From: Flavobacteriales bacterium
Lineage (GTDB): Bacteria > Bacteroidota > Bacteroidia > Flavobacteriales_F > PHOS-HE28
Assembly: GCA_016699575.1 (NCBI GenBank)
Contig: CP064979.1
Span: forward strand, 2,707,982 to 2,771,981
Reading direction: 5' to 3'
Length of the DNA: 64,000 nt
Shown here piece after piece: positions 19,464 through 28,906 of this stretch; the stretch's first letter is position 1, and each line of letters opens with the position of its first letter. The position numbers were made by a program, and so were the translations under genes. The notes beneath the pieces are model-generated. The model made no database searches, was not told the origin of the DNA, and was given only the letters and a program-made list of their open reading frames with translations.

Positions 19464-20471
19464 TCAGCCGATCGTGCTGTCGTCGCCGATGCTGAGCTCC
19501 ATGGCGCGACCGGTCACCTTGGCCCGCGCGCCGATGATGCTCTTGGCGATGACGGCATCGGTGATGACAGCGCTTTCACCCACCTGCGTATTGCGCAGCA
19601 CGCTGCCAACAACTGTTACGCCCTTGCCCAGCGATACGTCAGGCCCGATGATGCAGTCCGTGAGCACGGCGCCGTCAGCGATGGAGCAGGGCGCGATGAT
19701 CATGGCGTTCTTCAGCGTGATGTTCTTGCTAACGAGCGACGGGTCGTCCTTCAGGAAGCCAAGCACCTTGGCATTAGTGTCCAAGGTGGCGTCCTTGTTG
19801 CCGCAGTCCATCCACACGTCAACGCTGCCGCTCTTGAAGCGCGCACCCTTGCGCTTCATGTTCTCCATGGCGTTGGTCAGCTGGTATTCGCCCTTCTCCT
19901 TGATGTCGTTGTCCAGCAGGTACTGCATCTCCTTGCGCAGGTACTCGCCGTCGGCGAAGTAGTAGATGCCGATGATGGCCAGGTCGCTCACGAAGGTCTG
20001 TGGCTTCTCCACGAACTCGGTGATGATGCCGTTGGCGTCGAGCTTCACCACGCCGAAGGGTTTCGGGTCTTCCACCTTGTTCACCCAGATGACACCATCG
20101 CAATCCTTGTCGAGCTTCAGCTTGGCGCGGAAGAGCGTGTCGGCGAAGGCCACGATGATGCGGCCGTTGAGCGCGGGCTCGGCGCACAGAATGGCGTGCG
20201 CGGTGCCGAGCGCTTCTTTCTGGTAGTGGATGCTGCCCTTGCTGCCGATGGCCTTGGCGATGGCCAGCAGTTCGTCCTCCACCTTCTTCCCGAACGATGG
20301 ATGGATGATGTAGGCCACTTCTTCAATGGGCTCTCCGGCCACGGCGGCCAGGTCTTCCACAAGGCGCTGGACGATGGGCTTGCCGGCGATGGGCAGCAGT
20401 GGTTTGGCGGTGGTGTGCGTGTGCGGGCGCATGCGCTTGCCCATGCCCGCCATCGGAACGATGATCTTCAT
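19464..20471 (-). CDS. sugar-phosphate nucleotidyltransferase with C-terminal left-handed beta-helix domain
   Basis: MKIIVPMAGMGKRMRP....KPLLPIAGKPIV (NTP_transferase G-rich loop), then hexapeptide repeats in the C-terminus. Start set at MKIIVP. Confidence 0.85.
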   Translation of the reverse strand: MKIIVPMAGMGKRMRPHTHTTAKPLLPIAGKPIVQRLVEDLAAVAGEPIEEVAYIIHPSFGKKVEDELLAIAKAIGSKGSIHYQKEALGTAHAILCAEPALNGRIIVAFADTLFRAKLKLDKDCDGVIWVNKVEDPKPFGVVKLDANGIITEFVEKPQTFVSDLAIIGIYYFADGEYLRKEMQYLLDNDIKEKGEYQLTNAMENMKRKGARFKSGSVDVWMDCGNKDATLDTNAKVLGFLKDDPSLVSKNITLKNAMIIAPCSIADGAVLTDCIIGPDVSLGKGVTVVGSVLRNTQVGESAVITDAVIAKSIIGARAKVTGRAMELSIGDDSTIG

Positions 20472-20481
20472 GTTCTCAATT

Positions 20482-20562
20482 TCAAACCGCAAAGACGCAA
20501 AGAGCGCAACGACCCTCCATTGCTGGGACTTTCCGGGCGCGCTTTGCGTCTTTGCGGTTCAT
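20482..20562. repeat. intergenic palindromic hairpin, family B copy 1 (AACCGCAAAGACGCAAAGAGCGC ... GCGCTTTGCGTCTTTGCGGTT)
   Basis: 21-bp near-perfect inverted repeat arms flank a ~35-nt loop, between the nucleotidyltransferase start and the dut stop. A related copy is at 30243-30322. Confidence 0.65.
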
Positions 20563-20581
20563 TCTTCGGCCGCGAAGGTGC

Positions 20582-21037
<456 letters not shown>

Positions 21038-21074
21038 GATTTGGAAACAGGGCAAAGGAACATTCGCGGGGCTC

Positions 21075-21389
21075 ATGGGAGCGCTGCTTCTGTTCTTGCT
21101 CCCCTCCTGCACTAAAGACTATCCCACCGACATCCCCGATTGGGTCGAAGACCGCATCCGCAAGTGCAAGCAGCCCTTCACCGATTGCCGCGGCTTGAAG
21201 GTGTTGGAGTATAGCGGGCTTGGCCAGCGCTGGTTCTACTTCAGGGAGGCCAGCGGCAACGATGAGCTGTTCACCGAGGGGGCAAGCTCGGTTTGTTCAG
21301 GTAACGACCTGTTCGTGTGGGAGGCCCAGTGCACGGTCGTTCCGCTCGATTCCCTGCATCCGGTGCGGACCATTTGGGTTGAGGATTGA
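21075..21389 (+). CDS. small hypothetical lipoprotein
   Basis: [16 protein letters not shown] lipobox; 105 aa; divergent from dut. Weak evidence. Confidence 0.4.
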   Translation: MGALLLFLLPSCTKDYPTDIPDWVEDRIRKCKQPFTDCRGLKVLEYSGLGQRWFYFREASGNDELFTEGASSVCSGNDLFVWEAQCTVVPLDSLHPVRTIWVED

Positions 21390-21484
21390 CCGAACCAGGA
21401 CACGGACCTTGTTGAACAAAACAAAGTTGTTGGTTGGACGGATCAATGCTGTGACTACCTTCGGACTGCCCAAGAACCAGAACC

Positions 21485-22198
21485 ATGAAGAAGTTCAACT
21501 TGTCCTGTCTCAGCGGGATCCTTTCCACGACGGCCGGTGTGCTGTTCACCACTGGAGCCTTTTCACAGGAGATCGCCAAGACCGGGTCAATGGCCGTGCC
21601 GATGCCGCTGAACCTGGAGCACGCGGGCGACGCGATCCACAACTACTCCCTCGGCGCCGGTCTGCGCTATACGTTCAAGAGCGAAGGCAACTTCACAGTG
21701 GCCTTCGGTGCGCTGCACGAGTGGCGCAATACGCGCTTGGATTACGGCCCGGTCAATGGCCGGAACTTGTACGCCGACCTGAGCCGACGCGCCTTCCAGT
21801 TCCAAGTGCTGGGCATCTACAAGCTCGGTGAATGCAAGAGCACCTGCGGTGGTGAGTTCAGCGCACTGCTCGGTGCCGATATGTCGCTTCCGTACAGCAA
21901 GGATGCACAGTACACTGCCAGCTCCGCGAACGAAACCTCCCACATGGTGCGCATCGACAACCGCACCGGTTACGGTTTGCGCGCCGGTCTGATGATGAAG
22001 AAATCGATGTGTGCGCACCTGGGCTTCTTCATCTCGCCTGAGATCGGTTACCGCCTGGTGCTCGACCACCCGGACTACGCCACGCTGCTCGACCTGCCCG
22101 CGCAGGACAGCAACCTGAGCGACCGCGTATCAATGGGCATGCAGATGGGCATCTACCTGAAACTCGACAAGAGCATGTGCCCGATGAAGAAGGGGTAA
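21485..22198 (+). CDS. hypothetical secreted/outer-membrane protein
   Basis: Signal peptide MKKFNLSCLSGILSTTAGVLFTTGAFSQ. Alternating hydrophobic pattern suggests a beta-rich fold. Followed by a terminator. Confidence 0.55.
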   Translation: MKKFNLSCLSGILSTTAGVLFTTGAFSQEIAKTGSMAVPMPLNLEHAGDAIHNYSLGAGLRYTFKSEGNFTVAFGALHEWRNTRLDYGPVNGRNLYADLSRRAFQFQVLGIYKLGECKSTCGGEFSALLGADMSLPYSKDAQYTASSANETSHMVRIDNRTGYGLRAGLMMKKSMCAHLGFFISPEIGYRLVLDHPDYATLLDLPAQDSNLSDRVSMGMQMGIYLKLDKSMCPMKKG

Positions 22199-22217
22199 GC
22201 TGAAAGAACGCGAACAG

Positions 22218-22256
22218 AGCGGGCCATCGAGAAGTCGATGGCCCGCTTTGCTTTTC
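22218..22256 (+). terminator. rho-independent terminator
   Basis: 13-bp stem AGCGGGCCATCGA / TCGATGGCCCGCT with a GAAG loop, followed by TTTGCTTTTC. 20 nt after the stop at 22198. Confidence 0.65.
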
Positions 22257-22269
22257 AAGATGCCATAGC

Positions 22270-24675
22270 TTACACCACCTTCAACTTCGCGAACCGCAAC
22301 AGCAACTGCTTCTGTCCCGCGCTCGGGAAGAAGATGGTCGCCTTGAGGTCGGGGTGGCGGCCTTCGATGCTGAGCACTTTGCCTTTGCCGAACCGTTCGT
22401 GCTCCACTTGTGCGCCCACTTCCAATCCGTCCACGGTGGTGAAACCTTCGGCAGCCGGCGTCTTGTCGGCGTCCACGCGCTTCAGGCCGCGTTTGGCCAC
22501 CATGGCGGGCGTGGGCGTGCTGGGCTGCGGTGGTGCGACAGGTCGTGATGGCGCCGGTGTGCGTGCTGGGCGTTCGTCGTGCTGGAACCCCGCGCTACGA
22601 CCGAAGGCACCGGTGCGGCTGGCCCAAGGCGGCGTGCGCTCGGTGCTGAAGGAGCGCTCGCTGAAGTTGGGCAGCTTCAGGTACTTGGCGTCGATCTCCT
22701 CAATGAAGCGGCTCGGCTCTGCGGCGGTGAGGTTGCCCCAGCGGTAGCGGCTAACGGCATAGCTGAGCGTGGCGCGCGTGCGTGCTCGCGTGAGCGCCAC
22801 ATAGAACAGACGGCGCTCTTCCTCCAGCTCCTGCCGGCTGCTCATGCTCATTTGGTTCGGGAAGAGTTCTTCCTCCAGACCCACCACATAGACGTAAGGG
22901 AACTCCAGGCCTTTCGCGCTGTGGATCGTCATCAGGCTCACGCGGTCGTTGTCGTTCGGGTCGTCGGTCTTGTCGGCATCGGTGAGCAAGGCGACGTCGA
23001 TGAGGAAGTCGGGCAGCGTGCGTGGCACATCGGCGTCTTCATTGGCGTCACTGAACTCCTTGATACCGTTCAGCAATTCCTGGATGTTCTCGTAGCGGCT
23101 GATCCCTTCCGGCGTGCGGTCAGCATAGAACTCCTTCAGCATGCCACTGGTGCGCGCAATGTGTTCCGCCAAGGCATAAGCGCTGTGACTTTCCAGCATC
23201 GTGCGGAAGCTCTGGATCATCGTCACGAAGTCGCCCAGCGCTTTGCGTGTGCCGCCGTGGATGCCGGTGGCGCCTTGCGATAGCATGCCGCCATCGCCGC
23301 GCTCCGGGAAGGCGGTGAGCAGGTCCCAGATGCTGCACTTCGCTTCGCTGCTCTGCACCACCAATTTCTCGATGGTGGTCTGGCCGATGCCGCGCACGGG
23401 GTAGTTGATGATGCGCTTCAGCGCCTCTTCGTCCTGCGGATTGCAGGTGAGCCGGAAGTACGCCAGCAGGTCCTTGATCTCCTTGCGCTGGTAGAAGCTG
23501 AGGCCGCCGTAGATGCGGTAGGGGATGTTGAGCTTGCGCAGCCCTTCCTCCATACTGCGGCTCTGTGCGTTGGTGCGGTACAGGATGGCGAAGCTGCGGT
23601 TGGGCAGCTGCTTCTGCATCTTGTGCTCGAAGATGTCGTGCGCCACGAAGCTGCCTTCCTCGTTGTCGCTGGGCGCGCGGTGCACGTGGATCAGGTCGCC
23701 CTGCTCGTTCTGCGTCCAGATGGTTTTCTTGATCTGCTCCTTGTTGTGGTCGATGAGGCTGTTGGCCGCGCCCACGATGGTGCCGGTGCTGCGGTAGTTC
23801 TGCTCGAGCTTGAAGAGCTGGTGGTCCGGGTAGTCCTTCCGGAAGTTGAGGATGTTCTGGATGTTGGCGCCGCGGAACGCGTAGATGCTCTGGCTGTCGT
23901 CGCCCACCACGGTGATGTTCTCGTGGCGCGCGGCGAGCGTCTTCACGATGTTGTACTGCACCAGGTTGGTGTCCTGGTACTCGTCCACCAGGATGTACTG
24001 GAAACGCTGCTGGTACTTGAGCATCGCTTCCGGGTGGTCGCGGAAGAGCAGTGCCGTGTTGTAGAGCAGGTCGTCGAAATCCATGGCGCCTGCGCGGAAG
24101 CATCGCTCGGCGTAGGTGCGATAGATCGCGGCCATCTGCGGCCGGCCCGTGCTCGTGTCCTGGGTGATCAGCTCGGCATCGTTGGCGTATTCCACCGGGC
24201 CGATGAGGTTGTTCTTGCAGATGCTGATGCGGCCGTGCACCTGGCTGGGCTTGTACATCTTGTCGTCCAGCTGCATCTCCTTCACGATGCTCCTGATCAA
24301 GCTGCGACTGTCGTCGGTGTCGTAGATGGTGAAGTTGCTCGGGTAGCCGAGCTTTTCCGCTTCGCTGCGGAGGATGCGGGCGAACACGCTGTGGAAGGTG
24401 CCCATCCACAGGTTGCGCGCTTCGGTGTTGAGGCCGGGCACATCGGCAAGCAGGTGTGCGATGCGCTCCTTCATTTCGCGCGCCGCCTTGTTGGTGAAGG
24501 TGAGTGCCAGGATGCGGAAGGGATCCACTTCCTTGGCCGCCATAAGGTGCGCAATGCGTACGGTGAGGACCTTCGTTTTGCCGGAGCCCGCACCCGCGAT
24601 CACCATCATGGGGCCCTCGGTGGCCGATGCGGCGTTGTACTGGGCTTCGTTGAGGCCCTTCAGATAGCTGGTCAC
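22270..24675 (-). CDS. ATP-dependent DNA helicase, UvrD/PcrA/Rep family
   Basis: 801 aa: Walker A in MMVIAGAGSGKTKVLTVRIAHL, helicase motifs (LALTFTNKAAREM, VDEYQDTN, ITVVGDDSQSIYAFRGA, LEQNYRST...), and a Pro-rich C-terminal tail. Confidence 0.9.
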   Translation of the reverse strand: MTSYLKGLNEAQYNAASATEGPMMVIAGAGSGKTKVLTVRIAHLMAAKEVDPFRILALTFTNKAAREMKERIAHLLADVPGLNTEARNLWMGTFHSVFARILRSEAEKLGYPSNFTIYDTDDSRSLIRSIVKEMQLDDKMYKPSQVHGRISICKNNLIGPVEYANDAELITQDTSTGRPQMAAIYRTYAERCFRAGAMDFDDLLYNTALLFRDHPEAMLKYQQRFQYILVDEYQDTNLVQYNIVKTLAARHENITVVGDDSQSIYAFRGANIQNILNFRKDYPDHQLFKLEQNYRSTGTIVGAANSLIDHNKEQIKKTIWTQNEQGDLIHVHRAPSDNEEGSFVAHDIFEHKMQKQLPNRSFAILYRTNAQSRSMEEGLRKLNIPYRIYGGLSFYQRKEIKDLLAYFRLTCNPQDEEALKRIINYPVRGIGQTTIEKLVVQSSEAKCSIWDLLTAFPERGDGGMLSQGATGIHGGTRKALGDFVTMIQSFRTMLESHSAYALAEHIARTSGMLKEFYADRTPEGISRYENIQELLNGIKEFSDANEDADVPRTLPDFLIDVALLTDADKTDDPNDNDRVSLMTIHSAKGLEFPYVYVVGLEEELFPNQMSMSSRQELEEERRLFYVALTRARTRATLSYAVSRYRWGNLTAAEPSRFIEEIDAKYLKLPNFSERSFSTERTPPWASRTGAFGRSAGFQHDERPARTPAPSRPVAPPQPSTPTPAMVAKRGLKRVDADKTPAAEGFTTVDGLEVGAQVEHERFGKGKVLSIEGRHPDLKATIFFPSAGQKQLLLRFAKLKVV

Positions 24676-24760
24676 GGCGCCGAAAATACCCCTCGCCCGC
24701 GCTCGGGATGACGGCCGAAGGGGTGGGTCAGTGAGGGTTTTGCACGATCGGGCAAGAAGG

Positions 24761-25237
24761 CTACGGACCAGGAGCCCCGCGTTTTCGAACGAGCTCCTGA
24801 ACGTCGAGCAGGTCTTTCGGTCGGGCCGCCCGAAGCTTGCTGTTCACGAGATCGGGGTAGCTGATGACCCGGTATCGCACAACGGGCAGATCAGCGAGTT
24901 CGCCCAGTTCGCCGCGTTCCCAGGCCTCATCGAAAGAGCAACCCGGGTCGAACCGTGTGATCAGCTCAAGTGTCAGGTCCGGAGAGAGCTTGATCGAGAC
25001 GTTCTGGTCCGCCGAGCGCACTGCATCGGGCCAGCGATCAACTTCATAGCCACACGCCGTCAAGGCTTGGCGCAACCGTTCCAGGTTTTCCGGTGAGTGG
25101 TCGATCCATAAGTCCACATCGGCGGACAAGCGCTGGTATCCGTGGAAGTTCACGGCGCCACCGCCCACGAGAAGGAACCGGACCCCGTGCTTTTCAGCAG
25201 CGGAAAGGAACTCCCGCAATTGCTCACCGAACAGCAT
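24761..25237 (-). CDS. nucleotidyltransferase-fold protein (minimal NTase, GG...D.D motif)
   Basis: MLFGEQLREFLSAAEKHGVRFLLVGGGAVNFHGYQRLSADVDLWID carries the G[GS]x9-13Dx[DE] polymerase-beta-type NTase signature. Start set at an internal Met; it overlaps the upstream small ORF by 14 nt. Confidence 0.55.
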   Translation of the reverse strand: MLFGEQLREFLSAAEKHGVRFLLVGGGAVNFHGYQRLSADVDLWIDHSPENLERLRQALTACGYEVDRWPDAVRSADQNVSIKLSPDLTLELITRFDPGCSFDEAWERGELGELADLPVVRYRVISYPDLVNSKLRAARPKDLLDVQELVRKRGAPGP

Positions 25238-25427
25238 CCGCCTGCTTGGTAATGACGAAATTGCCTTGGTCGTCCTTTCGCGCAGGTGCACCGAACCCGC
25301 TGCCCAGACACCGGATGAACCAATCGAACCGCTGGGACGGTGTCAGCGCCATGAACCGCTCCTCGCGTTCCTTGTTGCTTTCCTCCTTCTTGGTGAAGGT
25401 GATCCGCTTGTCCATCGCCAGTGCCAA
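25224..25427 (-). CDS. small hypothetical protein (67 aa) overlapping the NTase gene start
   Basis: ORF-track entry only. It sits 15 nt downstream of the membrane-protein stop and overlaps the NTase start. Coding status uncertain. Confidence 0.3.
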   Translation of the reverse strand: MALAMDKRITFTKKEESNKEREERFMALTPSQRFDWFIRCLGSGFGAPARKDDQGNFVITKQADAVR

Positions 25428-25442
25428 AGTACCGCCCGAGGA

Positions 25443-27155
25443 TCACTTCCGCTCCGGCAGGCTGGTGAGCCTCGCCATCAACGACCGGAAGAAGCCGTGG
25501 CCCACGAAGAGGTAGAGCGCCATGCCGCCCCAGAGGAAGATCTGCATGATGGTGAAGACCTTTTCGCGGAGCAGTTCGGCCTCTGCCCGCAGGGCCGGCA
25601 GCCGCAGGTCGAAGCCATTGTAGTTCTCGATCTCGTTGATCTTCTTCCACAACGCGTCCACGCCGAAAATGTCGAACTCTTCTTCCAAGATCATCAGCGT
25701 GGTGAAGAGGATGAACGGTGCAATGCAATTGGCGATGATGGTCATCACTGCGCGACTGGTCCGGTAGGCCTTCAACCTGAACACGAACGGAGCTTGGGCC
25801 AAGAGGAAGATGCCAATGAAATAGTGGCCGTAAAGGAGGATGTCATCCGGCCTCACACCATCGTAGCCGTAGTCGTTCCGCCATGTAACGAGGAATGCTA
25901 CGCACACGAGGACGATGGGAGTGAGGAAGCACACCACGAAGCCGATGAGGAAGGGTTGCCAGTAGATGTTCTTGAAGATGCCGATGAGCAAGGCCAGACA
26001 GAAGCTCATGATCACCACCGTATAGAACATGGCCCAGAACCTGGCGAACGAATAGTCCATGGTCTTCGCTTCCCAGAGGCGTTCGATCTGCCGATCGCAA
26101 TCGAAGACCATGCTGGAGGTTTGCTTGCGCTCGTTGAACTGGAGCAGCGCACTGTCCACGGTGCACCCGCTCGTATCGCGGCGGTAGCTGTCGGCGATGG
26201 CGAGCACGTTCGCGATGCGCTCCCGATCGATCATGTCCGGCGCGTCCAACTGTTTCACGTACCGGGCTTCCAGCAGGCTGTCGCTCAGGAAAGGCACACG
26301 TTCCACCTCATGCCTGCCGCGCAGGTCGTAGGTGAAGGTCCATCCCTTCTCCGGCGAGAACGGACCATGGGCCACGAAGTAGAGCGGGAAGTTGCGCTCG
26401 ATGCTGTCCATCTTGGCCAGGTAGCGCTTGGCCTTGTGCGGGTCGCGGGTGTCCGAACTTCCGAATGCCGCCGCATTGTAGGCCTCCTTGTATTCGTCGT
26501 AGAGCCCCTGGAGCGATTCCTCCTTTTCGGGGTCGCGTTCGAGCCGCTTGTTGTATTCGTCCAAGCTGCGGAAGTAGGCGTGCGATCCCGTGCCACTATA
26601 CCATTCTCCATCTTCGATCAGATAGTTGATCTCATCTGGATCCATCCCTTCCAAGGTGATGTTCGACAGGTGGAGCGCGCGCCCATCCCCTGTCAGGAAC
26701 ATGAAGGCCTCCTCGTTCAGGTCGTCCACCTCCTGCACGAACTGCTCATCGCTGATGATGCGGTCGATGCGCCAGGACAGCGTGAGCGCGATGTTGTACG
26801 GCAGCGACCAGATGAGGACAATGCTCAGCAGATGCACCATGAACTCGCCCACTTCAGCGAAGGGCTCGCGGAGACCATTGCGGCGCTCGAGGGTGAACAG
26901 CACCACCTTGTATACCCAGAAGGCACAGTAGAAGATGGCGGGTACCGTCATCCAGCCGAAGAACTCCTCGGGATCGGGGAAGCTCCGCTTGTCCACGTGC
27001 AGGAGCATGCCGAAAACGAACACGAGCACGTTCAGCAGCAGTATGAACCAGATGTGGTAATGGAAGCGCGTGGCCCACAAGCGCGGTTTGCTCTGCTGCA
27101 GGTACAGGTCGTACCGCTGCAAAGCGCCGGGGATGAGCTTGCGCAACCAGTTCAT
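25443..27155 (-). CDS. polytopic membrane protein (~8 TM with ~240-aa soluble insert), partner of the upstream ABC ATPase
   Basis: Start MNWLRKLIPGALQRY... overlaps the ABC stop (ATGA). Three N-terminal TM helices, a soluble region (aa ~160-400), then five C-terminal TM helices. No confident family assignment by eye. Confidence 0.75.
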   Translation of the reverse strand: MNWLRKLIPGALQRYDLYLQQSKPRLWATRFHYHIWFILLLNVLVFVFGMLLHVDKRSFPDPEEFFGWMTVPAIFYCAFWVYKVVLFTLERRNGLREPFAEVGEFMVHLLSIVLIWSLPYNIALTLSWRIDRIISDEQFVQEVDDLNEEAFMFLTGDGRALHLSNITLEGMDPDEINYLIEDGEWYSGTGSHAYFRSLDEYNKRLERDPEKEESLQGLYDEYKEAYNAAAFGSSDTRDPHKAKRYLAKMDSIERNFPLYFVAHGPFSPEKGWTFTYDLRGRHEVERVPFLSDSLLEARYVKQLDAPDMIDRERIANVLAIADSYRRDTSGCTVDSALLQFNERKQTSSMVFDCDRQIERLWEAKTMDYSFARFWAMFYTVVIMSFCLALLIGIFKNIYWQPFLIGFVVCFLTPIVLVCVAFLVTWRNDYGYDGVRPDDILLYGHYFIGIFLLAQAPFVFRLKAYRTSRAVMTIIANCIAPFILFTTLMILEEEFDIFGVDALWKKINEIENYNGFDLRLPALRAEAELLREKVFTIMQIFLWGGMALYLFVGHGFFRSLMARLTSLPERK

Positions 27156-28357
27156 GTGTCCTGATGGAAGAGTTTGCGCGTGCTGGTGCTGATATCGCGG
27201 AAGTAGCTCACCTCCAATCCGGCATCGCCCATGGCTTTCACCACGTGCTTGGCGGTGCATTCGCGCGGTGTGGTCAGTCGGAATAGCAATCCGGTGTCGT
27301 CGAGGTGAAGGATGCGTTCGGTGCCCATGGCGTGCACCAAGGCGCTGCGGTCGAATTCGCCGTTGATCTCAAAGACGTTGCTCGCGCGGTCCACATCGAA
27401 ACTGGCCACGGCCCCGCTGAACATCGGCCGGCCGTTCTTGAGGAAGATGATGTTGTCGGCCACGGCCTCGATCTCGTGCAACTGCTGGCTGCTGAGGATG
27501 ACACTGATGGGGTTGCGGCGCGAGGCGGCGAGGAATTTCAGGTCCTGCAGGAAGAGCTGCTGCGCTTGCAGGTCGAGGTTCGCGATGGGCTCATCGAGCA
27601 CCAGGATGCGCGGGCGCCATACCACCATCTTGGCCAGTTCGAAGCGCAGTTTGTAGCCGCTGCTCAACTGGCTCCAGCGTAGGTGCTGGAAGCGTGTGAG
27701 GCCAAGGCGGTGCAGCGTGTACATCACGCGGTCCTCGTTCTCCTCGCCGGTCACCCCGTGCACGGCGGCCATGAAGCGCAGGTTCTGCATCAGCGTGCCG
27801 TACCAACGCACGCTACGCTGCGGGATCCACGCTATGCCTTGTTTGATGAGGTACGGGTCGTTGCCGAGCGTGGGGTAGGAGACGCTGCCTTCGTTGTGGT
27901 CCAGCAGCCCGGCCACTTGGCGCAAGAGCGTGGTCTTGCCATTGCCGTTCTCGCCCACCAGCCCGGTGATCTCGCCAATGCGCAGGTCGAGGTCGATGGG
28001 GCCGAGCTGGAACTTGTGGCCGCGCGAGCTGAACCGTTTGGTGAGCCCTTGAGCACTGAACACCGTAGTGCGATCAGGCAGTGCAGCATCATCGTGCAAA
28101 GCCGAGGCCCGCGCAACGATCGTGTGCATGAGCTGCTGGGCGCGCTCCGCGTACGAGGCACCTACGTTGCCGCTCAGTTCGGCCGCACCGAGGTCGCGAC
28201 TGATGTTGTAATCGGCCCGGAGCGCCATGGCCGTGCGGCGCAGGTCGTGCAGCGCAGGGTACTCGTCGCACAGGTCCATGAGCCGGCGCGTGGCCAGGCT
28301 CAGGTCGCTGCCATGCACGAGCGCTTGCAGTTCGTTCAGGCGGTGCTGGGCGCTCAT
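27152..28357 (-). CDS. ABC transporter ATP-binding protein with ~95-aa N-terminal helical extension
   Basis: Walker A GENGNGKTT, Q-loop, signature LSSGYKLRFELAKM, Walker B ILVLDEP, H-loop. The N-terminal 95 aa has no ABC similarity. Confidence 0.85.
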   Translation of the reverse strand: MSAQHRLNELQALVHGSDLSLATRRLMDLCDEYPALHDLRRTAMALRADYNISRDLGAAELSGNVGASYAERAQQLMHTIVARASALHDDAALPDRTTVFSAQGLTKRFSSRGHKFQLGPIDLDLRIGEITGLVGENGNGKTTLLRQVAGLLDHNEGSVSYPTLGNDPYLIKQGIAWIPQRSVRWYGTLMQNLRFMAAVHGVTGEENEDRVMYTLHRLGLTRFQHLRWSQLSSGYKLRFELAKMVVWRPRILVLDEPIANLDLQAQQLFLQDLKFLAASRRNPISVILSSQQLHEIEAVADNIIFLKNGRPMFSGAVASFDVDRASNVFEINGEFDRSALVHAMGTERILHLDDTGLLFRLTTPRECTAKHVVKAMGDAGLEVSYFRDISTSTRKLFHQDT

Positions 28358-28416
28358 GCGGTGCTACAACTGCGGAAGTGGTGGGGAAAGTATGTGGCGC
28401 GCGAATAGGTGGCGGG

Positions 28417-28500
28417 GTGGATCGCTTCGGTCGCAACGCCGCCCTCGCGATGACGGTTGGGCTACCGTCATCGCGAGCCTTCTGAGGCGAAGCGATCCAG
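28417..28500. repeat. intergenic palindromic repeat element, family A copy 2
   Basis: ggatcgcttcg...cctcgcgatgacgg-ttgggctac-ccgtcatcgcgag...cgaagcgatcc: nested hairpin sharing the GTCATCGCGAG and CGAAGCGATCC motifs with 16654-16790. Confidence 0.7.
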
Positions 28501-28567
28501 AAGCCTTGCGTCATGCATGAAACGACGAAGGGCCCGAAGGCCCCTCGTTGCTCGACAAGTCGTGGGT

Positions 28568-28801
28568 TCAGGCTTTTTTGGCCGCCTTTTTCGCGGCCTT
28601 CTTGGCCTTCGGTGCTGCCTTGGGCTTGGCAGGTGCTGCGGCCTTCACGGCTGCTGCCACACGCTTCGCCGTGGCGGCTTTGCGCTTGGCGCGGCTGTTC
28701 TTCTTGGGTGCCTTGCCTTGGCCGGCAGGTGCGCTGGCGATGCGCTTGATCTTCCTTTTCTGGCCGCTCACAGCGGCTTTCTTGTGGCTCTTCTTTACCA
28801 T
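28568..28801 (-). CDS. histone H1-like Lys/Ala-rich DNA-binding protein
   Basis: 77 aa, AKKAAKKA / KPKAAPKAKK repeats typical of bacterial histone-H1-like (Hc1/AlgP-tail-like) proteins. Composition-based call. Confidence 0.55.
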   Translation of the reverse strand: MVKKSHKKAAVSGQKRKIKRIASAPAGQGKAPKKNSRAKRKAATAKRVAAAVKAAAPAKPKAAPKAKKAAKKAAKKA

Positions 28802-28906
28802 GATGTTCGGTTGATGGACGCAAGGATAGTTGCGCCATCAGCGCTTGTTCACGGAAGCCACGCGCCTCTTTCAACAGCGTGCAGTGCGGTACTGCGATCT
28901 TCGCGC

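Noticed and set aside
17752-19962. 736-aa plus-strand ORF
   Set aside because: Antisense to the well-supported TPR lipoprotein and nucleotidyltransferase genes. Composition is L/V/G/A-rich shadow with no domain signatures.
23120-24409. 429-aa minus-strand ORF and 362-aa plus-strand ORF (23623-24711) inside the helicase gene
   Set aside because: Alternative frames of the UvrD-family helicase locus. They are extremely Arg/Pro/Gly-rich or Val/Ala-rich and lack motifs, whereas the 801-aa frame contains all helicase motifs.
28457-28906. 150-codon upstream extension of the TPMT-family methyltransferase ORF
   Set aside because: Overlaps the histone-like gene on the opposite strand and the repeat element. 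Cys/Arg/Gly-rich nonsense composition. The recognisable methyltransferase begins at MQLNKDFWEKRY.
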